A DNA stretch of 64,000 nt from Dudresnaya verticillata (lineage: Eukaryota): contig OZ374560.1 in NCBI GenBank assembly GCA_977862235.1, positions 2,604,001 to 2,668,000 of the forward strand, in the 5' to 3' direction. Under the pieces are notes generated by a model that searched no databases, was not told where the DNA came from, and was given only the letters and a program-made list of their open reading frames with translations. This document shows, piece by piece, positions 49,001-60,490 of this stretch. The position numbers were made by a program, and so were the translations under genes. Each line of letters starts with the position of its first letter. Position 1 is the first letter of the stretch.

Positions 49001-52000
49001 ATGCCCGAGACCATTAGTGGAAAGAAATTCAACATCCTCGTCATGCTAGACACTGGAGACATGCTCCTCCTCCTCTCCAATCTTCGCGATGACAGCGCTC
49101 GAACAGCTTACCATGCGTACTTCTCACGATGGATCTCCATATTCGATGCTCCTTACTACACATACGTAGACCGAGGCACGAACCTGACGAACAAGTACAT
49201 GGCGGACAGCCTCCGCATGTTAGAATCGCAGATATGTCCTATTCCAACTGAAGCTCCGTGGTATATCGGAACGAACGAAAGGCCCCACAGATTCCTGCAT
49301 AAGACAATACAGCAGACCGTGGCAGACACAACGTACGACATTGGACACGACCTCGAACATCTCCTCGGAGATATTGAAATGGCTTGGAACTTCACTCAAC
49401 ACAGCATCAGGACAGGGCCTCACTTCAGCAGATTTGGTGTCATGCCCCGAGTACTTGGTGAGCTCGACACAGCAATCAACGTTCAAGGACGCATCGCACT
49501 GATGGAAATGGTACGCACGAAAACCGCACGACTACGCCCAACCCACGTGCTTTCCAATTCATTCAATGCAGCTCGACGCCATGTCACGAAGATACCATCT
49601 TTCAATGTTGGAGAGCAGGGTTGGTTCCACCGTCGCAAGTACGGCTGGCGCGAAGGCATTGTGGCCAGAATCGATCGCCCAACGATATACGTGTCTCATT
49701 ATTCCAAGTTATACCCTACCCATGAGACTCATGTCAGACCATTCTTCGGAGAAGCATACTTTTCACCTGAGATAGTCCAGCAGGACGCAGAAGACATCGC
49801 GACACTTGACATCACTCCAGCACAGAATCAGAAACACAACAGCATTGTTTCTTCGACAAAGCCCACTGGAAACGCCCCGATTGCGCAACTCCTGAACTCT
49901 ACATTTATTGCCAGCACTGACAACACCCGTTCAGGTACACTCATCGAGACAGACGACGATGCAATCATGCTGTCCATCTCCACTTCCGATGCCGGAACCA
50001 TTGACTCCAACTGTATCTCCCTCCGGGAAACGGACATCATTAACGACGACGATGAGCTCACGTTGTTAACATCTGCTGAAGAGATCAAGCCCATCAAGAA
50101 CTTATCCAAAGCCCAGCAAGCCGAGTTCTTGAAAGCAAAACAGGGCGAAATCAAGTTCCTCCTGGAGAATCGTGCAGTCATCGAGACCCCTCGCCAATCT
50201 ACAGAGCCGGATTGCGAGATACAACCGATGAAGTGGGTACTACACATAAAAAGGTCACCCACACAAGACGCTCCGATTCGCTACCGAGCAAGACTTGTGA
50301 GCGCCTCACATCGCACGAAACTTCGACACTCCCTCAATGGAAACGCTCTGACTGTCGCCATGTGCACCATAAGATGTCTTCTAGCGATAATCCCAACTTG
50401 GAATGCCTCTCTACGCTAGGAAAACGACAGCATCTCCATCATTGTCCGAGATGTCACCAAAGCTTATCTTCAGAGCATGTCAACAAAGCGACTGATCTAA
50501 TACCGGCCTCCAAGGGAGTACTACGATATGTACACCGACAAGAAGTACTTCGTCTGGAAAGTTGTCGTTCAAGTCTACGGAGACGTCGAAGCAGTACTGG
50601 AATAAGACATTGGTTCCATGGCTCTGCGACAAAATCGTCGACCTCAAGCAGTCCATATACGATCCATCTCTCCTGTACAGCCTGAAGATAAACGCAGCAA
50701 CATTGCTCTGCACCGATGACATGCTCTCAGCAATTCCCAAGTCTCAAGAAGCAGAAGAAGCCAAGGTCGCAACACGCTTCAAATGCCGCGACAGGCAACG
50801 TCCTCCGGTGGACTTCAAGGGACTGGACATCTTACAGGATGGCGAACACTCTATCGCGTCTCAGAAGGCATACCTTGAGACCATTACCGCTTCCGAAGAA
50901 CTCACAGCCTTAACGAAGCCAGAGCTGCAGAGACCAATGACTGATGAAGAGATATCCGAGCTACGATCAGTCGCTGGAAAACTGGCATTGGTTGCCACTG
51001 GAACATCACCCTTTTCCTCGTTCCATGCAAGTGTTGCCCTACAGCGTAACGGTGAAAAGACCAACCCGCAACTCCAGCTTCTCGTATACACGAAAAAGGC
51101 ATTAGCTGCAATCAAGAACAGTGGACACGCAAGCCTCAAGTTCGCTCCGCTCGATGGGGAGTCCACCCATATCCGCGTTTACTCAGATGCCTCCTTCCAA
51201 AACCTGGCCACGAAGCATTCGCAGATTGGCTTCCTTATCAGCATATCAGATCGCAACGATGTATTCAACATGATCCACTGGCAGAGTTCCCGTGCACCAC
51301 GACGGGCACGCTCGACGGAACAGTCTGCGCTTATGGCATTAGATACCGCACTTCGCTGTATCAACAACTTGCGAAATACAGTTCTCCAGCTTGCCAAGAA
51401 GGAGGTACCCATTGTCGTTTACATCGACAACCAGACCCTTTGGGACAACCTCATGAATGAAACGGTTCCTTCTATCTCCGAAATTGGGTACCGATACCGC
51501 GAGCTAATTCACGACGGAAGAATTGCTTCAGTATGCCTCATTCCTGGTGACAGCAACCCCGCAGATGCAATGACCAAGGCGAAACCAAACAAGATACTAG
51601 CCGCCGCTATCTCCGAGAACCGCTGCGAAACACCTGGCAAAAGAGTGTTCATGCTCCAAGATTCCAAGTATCGAAACACCCCGTGGATTCCACCAGCAAC
51701 TGTTCCCATGCCCCGAGCAACAGCTGAGAAGAAGAATTAACTACGTCTACGCTTCCCCAATAATTGTACCTTCAACTCATATACTTCTCCCACATGCAAT
51801 TTCCTGGAAGCATTACCGGCGCACATGTTCAATGTAACCTTGGCCAACTTCACGGGCCACTCTTCTTTGGAGTCCCAGATGAGACTTCTTCCCCCCTTTT
51901 GTCGCCGAAGGGCAGCACCTCTGTGAGGTATATCCATTGGTCACCAGCAGAGTCGTACCCGCTGTATGCATCGTCTTCCCACCGGTCGTTCCCGTTTTCA

Positions 52001-52691
52001 GCGTATTACGGTGTGTAGTCTGGGTCCTGCTGCTCGTTGTCCGTCTCGGAGCCTGCATCTACTGCAATGCAGATCGCGCGTCCTCCTCACGGTTGGTTTT
52101 CCCCCTTACAGAAGCCCAATATCGTCCGAAGAGCAAAAGGGATACTGACCAGGTTCACGAAGTAGCCTGAGGGCTCCGCCACGCAGCACAAAAATGGCGC
52201 ACGCTACCGGGAATTCGGTACAGTACTGTAAGCAGTGTACATGGACACCGCACAGTAACCCGTAAGAGCAACGGCGCTCCGGCGCACTACAGTGCGCAGT
52301 TGGTACCGTACTCGAGACACGGGTGCACACCAACAGGAACGAGGGACGCAGACGCAGCAACACGGCTTCAGAGTGATTACCGGGTGCGCTCGAGCGGTTT
52401 AGGCGGGCAACTGTGGTTTTATATGTACAACTACTCACACACTCTTCGGCCACCGTAGGCGAATTTGCCGGTACTGCACGCATTGGCCTATTTCTCCTAC
52501 GTTTCGGAGGGGTGACTGTAACGGGTAGTGTAAGTTATGTACTGTAAGATAAGCTAGCACCGTCGGTACGGACGACGCCGGATCCCTCAACGAGTGTGAG
52601 ACCGAACCCTATATCAAGGGACACAGTACCCGCGCCACTTCCGCTATCATCATCATCATATTCTTACCAATAAACCTCTGTGTCACCCACA
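46062..52691 (+). mobile_element. Copia-superfamily LTR retrotransposon, GalEa-like
   Basis: Short TG...CA LTRs (46062-46237, 52517-52691), PBS TGGTAGCA, PPT GGAGGGG. Gag knuckle CFACNMEGHIARNC, then INT (VSLD, VDRGTN, NER) before RT (KWV...YRARLV, DVTKAYLQS, TDD) and RNase H (YSDASF, NPADAMTK). Clade call is inferred from the PBS, short LTRs and the DASF motif. Confidence 0.9.
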
Positions 52692-54644
52692 CCTGCCGAG
52701 CGTCCTACAAAGGATCCAACTGTGCAAATATCGACGATATTCAGATTGTACTTTGTTACACATCGGAGGATAGCATCCGATAAGCCTATCAGATCGATTG
52801 AACTAGCTCAACCCTGGCCGCGCTCTACGTTAACACAATAGTAGTATTCTAAGAGTATATATGGTCGCTTCGAGTATCAGCCGCTGCCAAAATCGGACAA
52901 GTTCCGTCCTTTCTCCCGCCCACCTACACCCATTTGATTCTTCTTCTGGCTTTGACCATTCAACCGTCCTTTCTGGTCATCCAGACCTTTGCACACTTTG
53001 ACCATACGGCACTTTCCTAGCATTACTCATCTCTGAAACAAGTGCGACTTTACAATTAAGGCAACATTTCCTTTTCGTTAATTGAATGTTATGCATTGCA
53101 ATACCTTTTTGTCTACTTACATTAGCTAAGTAGTCCACTTGCATTCTTCTCTTTAAAGTTCCCTCTCTCATCTTTATCATAACCGTAACGGAGATGATAC
53201 TTGGTTCTTCTATATGTCTTGATACCTTGCTTGTGCTAAATGCTCTGATGCCCGCATTATACTGGTTTGATGCTATCTGTTTCAGCAGACATGCAATGTT
53301 CTTTCACCTTGCTGCACTTTGTACATAACATTTACATAGAAAGGAGAAGTTGTTGAAAGCGTTGCTGCGTTAGGAAAGTATGTTGATCTCAGAAGAAACT
53401 TGACTAGGATCGGTGACGTGCCTGCAAGGCGGTTTAGCGGCCTCTCCCCTAAAAAGCGCCTCTCTGTTGTTAAAAACGAAGAGGGAGACTAGCTTGACTC
53501 AGGAGTGGGAAAGCCCTAAATAAGAGAGATTAAGGGCTGTCAGTGAATAACTTGGCTTGAAGAGCTGTTCAGATTCTCATGGCTGAACTGATGCATTTCC
53601 ACTATGTAAATTTCAAGATATTTTTCTCGTGCGTTTCGAGGCACGTGGAAATGGTTTATGTCGATAGCGGGATAAGCTGGACGGAAGGCGGCTGGAAGTG
53701 GGTCAAGGCGCTAAACCGGATTGGAGACAGCGAGCGACGTACACGAAAATTTGAAAACGTTTCGACACCGGTTCGAAAAAGTTTCGGGGCGGCGCGGCGA
53801 TTGTCGAGAATACAAACAGTGGCACACAAATGCGGGAACAATCCGCGGGTCTGCCCGCTCCCCTCCAGGCCAGACCTGAACTATCACCAAGCCAGACACC
53901 TGACTTTTGGTTAGCATCAAGTCGCTCGTGCCGCCCTACACTCTCCCACTGTCTTGCCAACTCAGTCGCCTGCGGCTGGTCACCTATTTTTGATAGGGCC
54001 TCCGCTACAATGCGGAAAACGAGCTGGTCGCGGACTTGGTAGCTACTATGCTACCATCTCAACATGGCTACTAGGGTAATCCCTGCCATCATTTGGCCCA
54101 AACCTTCGTAAACTTGTGTACGAGTTCTATCGAAACCCGCACAATAATGCGTTCTGGCCAGCGGAAGAAAGCGAGGAGACATAATGTTTATTGTTCAAAC
54201 AGTTGAACAGTTAGTCGCGAGGTATTTTTTTGCGATTCTTCCGGCCGTTGATGGCTAATGTATTTCAGAACTAGCTGTTTGTTTAGGTTTCTGTTACTTC
54301 TAGCACTGCAGTTTTGTTCCTTCTACTCAGGTGTGGTGCAGACCTTGGTCTATTCATACTGATCTTCTCGGCACTACATTAGTTCTCCCGATCGAACCAC
54401 AACACCAATTACTAACTTTTCATGTGCTGTAAAGCTTTACGGAATTGAAAAGGCTGGACTAGGAATAGGTAGCTACGCCGATCGTCCCACAGAGGATCGA
54501 AGGTTATCGATGATAACTAGAGTGATACTGTACTCACACACACTATGACCACTTCCGATACAGCTATCGGATCGTGGGATCGACTTAGAAGTCGAAGAGT
54601 ATCAGAATAGTACTGTAGCTACGACGAAGTAGTATAAGGAGGCT

Positions 54645-57600
54645 ATGGACTGCTGCTCACTCACCGTCTGTGGCAAGTTCTGTCCTTTCTCTCCAGAGAT
54701 TACCTCTGAATCGAAAGGAGACACCGCTCATTTGCAGTGTGAACATTCAGATATGAGTAATGCACTCCAGTCAGACCAATTCATCGAACCGCAAGCATCG
54801 GACTACACTGATGTTATTGATCGCCTTAGCGCTTTTAAGCTCGCTGGTAAGGCCCCTTTGTGGCCACGTGCTGAATTCGTGCAGCCAAATCAAACTGGAT
54901 ACTTTAAACCAGACAGTGTTCTGTACCGTGAGACCTACAGGAAAGATCGCCGCAACAGGAAAGAGCTTGAGTACGTACATTCTGCAGGCACCTGGATCTA
55001 GCAAGCCCTCGAGTCGTTTGCCCTTGCAGAAGTGGAATCCGACGGAGCTAAACAGGGGCGGCTATTCAGACTAGTCTATCTGTCCCTTGAAGGCGCCAAA
55101 GAGGTGCTCGCTATGGGCACTGCGCATTTCTCCACAATTCTGGACAAAGGACCGGCTATCGCTCGACAGCTCGCCGGCCTTGTCGAGTCCAAGGTCTCTG
55201 CCTAGAGGTAGAAGGTTACGTGAGAGGTGTACGCAGCTGTTTACAAGGAACTGTCGGCTAAGTACAAAATCGAAACTGCCAAATCATTGGCCAGACAGGA
55301 AGTCGGTAATTCAGACGCTAAGGGGACGCCTGGTAAATCGAAGGAGTCGTAACGACGTTCCTGCTCGTCATGGTCATCGACGAGCCCGCCCAGTGGATGC
55401 CGTCCTGGTCACAGGGCAGATGGTTCCACACCCAAAGAAATGCCTCGGCATGGAGATTATTCAATGCTACAGCGTACATTATCCGAATAGTACAATACGG
55501 GATATGGGACCCGCCAGATACTCCTTTCACGGAAGGGGCGTTCCTTCCGCAGTTGCCTCTATCTCCCGCAGATATTCAGTTCGCATCAGAAGATTTAGAA
55601 GAAGGATGCAAGCTCGGGTACTATCAAAGAATCTCGCGTTCCTACGCAAAGCGATGTGTCCAACAGGGAAAGCTGGTATCTTGCGCCTTTGTAGAATGGC
55701 AAAATGGAAAGCCCCGCCTGGTGATAAACTTCAAACGTCAGAGTCAGCACTGGAAGAAGAAGTCGGTCCAGATGGAATCTCTAAGTTCCTTCGCAGCCTG
55801 TTTAACACGAGGCGACTACTTGCTATCCTTCGATTGGAAGTCCGGGTACCGCCATTTTCGCCTTCACCTCCGTATTTGTGATCGGTTCATCCTCTCTTAC
55901 AATGGTCACTACTATCGGTGCATAGCCCTGCCATTCGGGTGGACACGCAGTCCGTTCTAGTTCTGCCACATTTTAAGCCCTTTGACACGGAATATGAGGG
56001 ATCAGCTCTTGCTGCGTGTTCTAGTTTGGCTGGACGACTACCTGATAGCCCCGGGAGATGGTACAAGTTCGAGCACCCAATCGCAGTGCCGGGACACTTG
56101 TCGCACTTTGGACAGTCTTTTCACCCGACTTGGACTTCTAAGACACCCCGAAAAAGGGGTTTGGGGGTCAGGAGCAACTCGATTAGAACACTTGGGGGTG
56201 GTAATCGACACTGTCGCTTTCAGGTTCTTCATTGTACCAGAGAAGCTTGCGAAGCTACACAGCATTGCATATTTATTACTCCAACAGAGCACAGCCGGTC
56301 GGCGGTATGTCAGCGAATCCCTACTGGTCTCGTTTACAAGCCGGGCTGTCTCACAGCTCCTACCACTACCCCTCGCCTGTTTCTTCACAAGGTCACTCTA
56401 CAACGACCTCCGCGATCGCCCCCGTCGCGGGACTGTAAAAGGGCGCCGCCTATCTCTATCAAATCAGGCACTCACGGATTTGAGATCTTGGAGAACTATG
56501 CTACAGGGAGATGGGCGTCTGATTTACGGTGGACAGGACGGATGGAATCTCCACACCGACGCGGCGGACTTAGGCTATGGGGGTACAATAGGCAAAGATC
56601 TTTCGCCCGGGGCCGCAGGGGAACTAGAGGTGCAAGGAACGTGGTCGGCATTTCGCAGACTACAGAGCATCAACTTGAGAGAGCTTGTGGTGGTTCGGAA
56701 ATCTCTGGAGACCGCATCAGTACATAAACTATTGTCTGACTGCAGCGAACGTATATTACTACACGTGGACAACCAAGTAGTCTTGCGGGTCATAACCAAC
56801 ATGGTGTCATCCAGTCCCCTGCTAATGGCCGAGCTCCGAAAACTACACCGCCTCCTGGAACAGATGAAGATCCAGATCAGGGCAGAGTGGCTTCCGTCAG
56901 CAATGAAAAATTGGGCGGACCGTCTCAGCCGGACCTGGAACCCACGAGACCTCAGCGCCACGCCTTTCATTTTGAAATCGCTAGAGGAATCGCTCCAATT
57001 GCAGCGGGTCCAGCGCTACTGGTCCCTAGGAGAAACACCAGCCGCACGCGCGAAAGTGATTCGAGCTCAGTTCAACGACAACTGTGGAGACGGCCGCAGA
57101 AGGCTATGGAACCCTCCATCTCAGTGGTTGACAGCAACAATCACCAAGATCAAGAGAGAGAAGGCTCATGGTATCTTGGTCGCTCCGTTTTGGCCAGGAA
57201 CGAACTGGTGGCGGCTCTTACAGAGTGTCGCTATCGAAACGCAAGCTGAGACCGTCGCAAGGACCTTTGTTCAGCAGTCCTCACACCAATCCAGCTTGGT
57301 CATTGGTTCTAGTAGAAGTCGGCCAACGGCCTCCGGGTCAATCGTGGACGCTCTCAGGTCTCAATTGCCCAACACTCCATCCGGAAGAGCATCTTTAGAT
57401 CTGGCCAGACATAGCATTGCCCAAAGTACTGATGCAACTAAGTCCTCCCAATGGTCCAGTTCCAAAGATTTTGTCAGCATGAGGGGCATCAATCTCTTCC
57501 AGCCTGCGCAGGAACCGTTTTGGCCTACATAGGATATCTTTTCGAAGAAGGTAGAGTCCACGCCAATTCCTTACAGCACTACTTATCAGCCGTACGAACC

Positions 57601-57864
57601 AGGCACGAAAGACAGGGCTTCGAAGATCCATGTACAGGAAGAGCACATTCCGATCTGTGCCGGGCATTTCAAAGAGCGGACGATGCCCGAGGGCAGCACC
57701 AGGACACTCGAGCAGCACTACCAGCAGCAGTTTTGTACCGAATTCGCGCTTTAGGACTTCAAGGTGATGAAGGATCAGAGATACAGCGAAACGCCGCAAT
57801 GATAGAGTTTCAATTTCTGATGTCATGGCGAGAGGGCTCGGCTCGCACTTTGTTGCGCGAATAT
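54645..57864 (+). mobile_element. DIRS-type tyrosine-recombinase retrotransposon (gag-like, RT-RNase H-MT-like, YR), 3'-truncated
   Basis: RT PRLVINFK...DWKSGYRHF...ALPFGW...WLDDYL; RNase H HTDAA...INLREL...VDNQ...ADRLSR; WNPP...GILVAPFWP...WW. Overlapping YR N-terminus LAYIGYLF...SLQHYLSAV...RNAAM...WREGS is cut by the LTR at 57865. Confidence 0.9.
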
Positions 57865-58698
57865 TGTCGTGCAAACGTCGTCTACTGACGGAAAACACCT
57901 CCGGGCCGTTCGGGAGCCCGGTGGGTAGCCGCTGGTGGTGAACTTGGTAGAGCAGGTTGAACACGCCTAGGGCGGACTGTAAACACCCAAGGCGGAAAAG
58001 AAAAGGGGCAAAGAAACCCAAAAGAAAACACGTTAGCAACGGTTACGAACGTGGAAGCACGGGTAGGCAGACGCTTATGCTTCCGGGCAGCGGTAGGGTG
58101 CGCGCTGTCGCAGAAGGGAAGTCTAGACTCAAACCAGCTTGCCGGGGCTTTATCGCTACGTCCTAGACGAGGTACGCAAATAATGCTATGGGGCCGCGGC
58201 GCGGCGGCTGCATGACGTAGTGCGCGGGAACCCGGGACACGTGTCGTATGGAGGTGCGTCTGACAGGTTCCGGGACAATGCAGCCACTGTACGTCGGCAC
58301 ATGTGTCTGACCGAGGCGCGCCTGTACGGCACTGTAGGCGATCTGGATTCGGGTCGCGATCGGCACCGTATTACAAGCGCGTTCCCCTTACAGCGGATCC
58401 CGATGTCCGATCCGGATGTCGGATCCGGATTCGATCGGGATCCGGGCCAAATTGCCAGTCAACCCGCTTACACTTCGTTGATCCCGATGTGTCATCCAGA
58501 TCCGCTCTACAGCATTGTGCCGTACAGTGCATCGTCGTGCGCGGCGCGGGGTTGTGGCACCCGCGCGTCCGTAGGCCAATCGTCGATGACGTGTTCGCGC
58601 CAACGGTGAATGAGCCGTTGCAGGTGACCGTCCGTCGGTCGACGTGGCCCTTGACGCCCATGGCGAGGAAATAAAAGCGCGGTCCCCCGTGCGCCACA
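57865..58698 (-). repeat. Putative 3' LTR (~834 bp) of Gypsy 2
   Basis: Bounded by TG...CA with imperfect terminal inverted ends (TGTCGTGCA / TGTGGCGCA), adjacent to the PPT, and it interrupts the DIRS YR. The partner LTR is outside the window. Confidence 0.6.
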
Positions 58699-58779
58699 AG
58701 ACCCCCCGCTTAGACGCGAACACGTCCATCGACTGAGTCGTACCGCGCAACCTCCATCAGCTGCGACTCCGCTTGTGGC

Positions 58780-60490
58780 GTGTGCTTTTGCTCGGCCTTG
58801 CCGTGTGTGCGAGCAGTCATCCTCGCCCGAAGCGGTCGTTCCGCTTTCAGCGTGTTAGCGACCGACGTCAATTCTCCGCCCGAGGCGTGTGTGACAGTGT
58901 TGCCAAGCGGCCGTTTGCCTTCGTCGTTGACGTTCGACGATCCTCGTCCAAGGCGCGTGCGGCATCTCTTCGTCGACGACGTTGTTCGGCTGGACGGCGA
59001 ATTCCCGATCGTCAGTGACGTATTCATAAGTTTCCGTCGTTGACGTTATGCCACAGTACGATGGGGCGCAGATTGCGCCCCCTTCATCGATGCAGGTCTA
59101 CCCGTCACTGCACGACTTTGTCGGAAAGATTTCGCGTGAACACGCGCGCCTCTTTGCGAGGGCGCCGTGGCTCGACCCGGCCGCGCTGGGAAACGAAGCG
59201 CTGATTGCGCATTACGCCATTGGCGATATGTTGCCGGGGGAATCCCCTTGGCTGTCGTCTATTCGACGGAGTGGCGGACGCGTTGCGCGGTCCCGAAAGA
59301 GTGGGTGCATACGCACCCGGGCCAGTCCCGGGCAGACGCGCACGTGCGCTTCGTCGTCGTATATGGCCGTTTCGCCCGCTTGCCGGGAACTGACTTGGTC
59401 CCGTTGTCGCTGGGTTGGATGCGGCGTTTTTCCGAACACACGGCGAGGCCGGTTATGGTTATCGTCTGGCAGAACTGCCGTTGATGCACATCACTCCGTC
59501 GTTGGACGCTCGCGTCAGAGACGATGTGTTGGTGATGGGTGTGCGCTTGTGAGCGGAGTTCCGGTATTCCCACCGATCAGGCACCTTCTACTGGGAGAGG
59601 TGCATTCGCTGGGAGTGCGAGTCCCGGCGCCGCAAGGGCGTGCTATTGCTGTATCAGGATACAAAAATTGACCGCTTAGAGCGTACGAAAGTGTCGAACT
59701 GTTTTGTCAAGTTACCGCCACAGTGGCGTGAGATGGAAGTGTGCGAGAGCTTCGCCGCCGAGTTACCCCCGTGCGTCACTTACGTGGGCTCGGAGCTCGT
59801 AGTGAACGCGTATTCGCGGTGGTGGATCATCTTTCAGACGGGGTGGGTGGCCAATATCGTTTATGCGTGGTTGTGGGAGTTGTACGATACCTTCCGGATG
59901 TACTACCTGCAACCACGTATCGTAGCGTTTTTCAACGATTTGGACCTCACCGAGACGCTCGGCGGTCAGCGGAACCTCCGCGAGTTCTGGGACTTACGCC
60001 AAGTGGCGAGCGAGATCGACTGGGATAGCCCCACGGTCGTCCCTCTGGAAAACAGCCGCCGGAAGGCGCGTCGTCCGCGTTTCGCGATGAGCCACGACTA
60101 TCACGCCTGTGGCGACTGGGCCTGGTACAATCCTTGGACCAAACGTCGAACGACGGAAAGTATTGCTGAACGTCATCGACGAACTGACCGGTTTGTGCCG
60201 TCGGGCCACCCTCGTGGGCTACTGCCATCTTGCGACTTTGTCGGGGATTTCCCTCCTCACTTGGCCATGTTAACAGCCGAGGAGGACGCCTTTCACGCTA
60301 CCAGCACCGGGGTGCACACGTCTGGGACGGGCTTCGCGACGCCTATGGCGGCTGAGCCGTCAGCTTCTGCTGTAGAATCGCCTGTGGCGTCGGATGTGGC
60401 AACTGCGGCTGGGCTGACTCATACGCCAGTGGCGGTTGCTCCCAACGAAGGGAACGCAGTCGTCGCTGACGATGATGGTGACGCTGTCAC
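58780..60490 (+). pseudogene. Long degenerate ORF antisense to Gypsy 2 pol, between integrase and 3' LTR
   Basis: Consecutive plus-strand ORFs (58780-59043, 59048-59671, 59167-59484, 59640-60530) can be chained by frameshifts; aromatic-rich segment RWWIIFQTGWVANIVYAWLWELY. Confidence 0.55.

Noticed and set aside
52692..54640. Possible DNA transposon relic or DIRS terminal repeats
   Set aside because: No transposase motif, TIRs or internal complementary region could be identified by eye.
56930..58505. Functional link between the Dam-like DIRS domain and the neighbouring GATC cluster
   Set aside because: They belong to different elements joined by a later insertion, and the MT specificity is unknown; adjacency is most likely chance.
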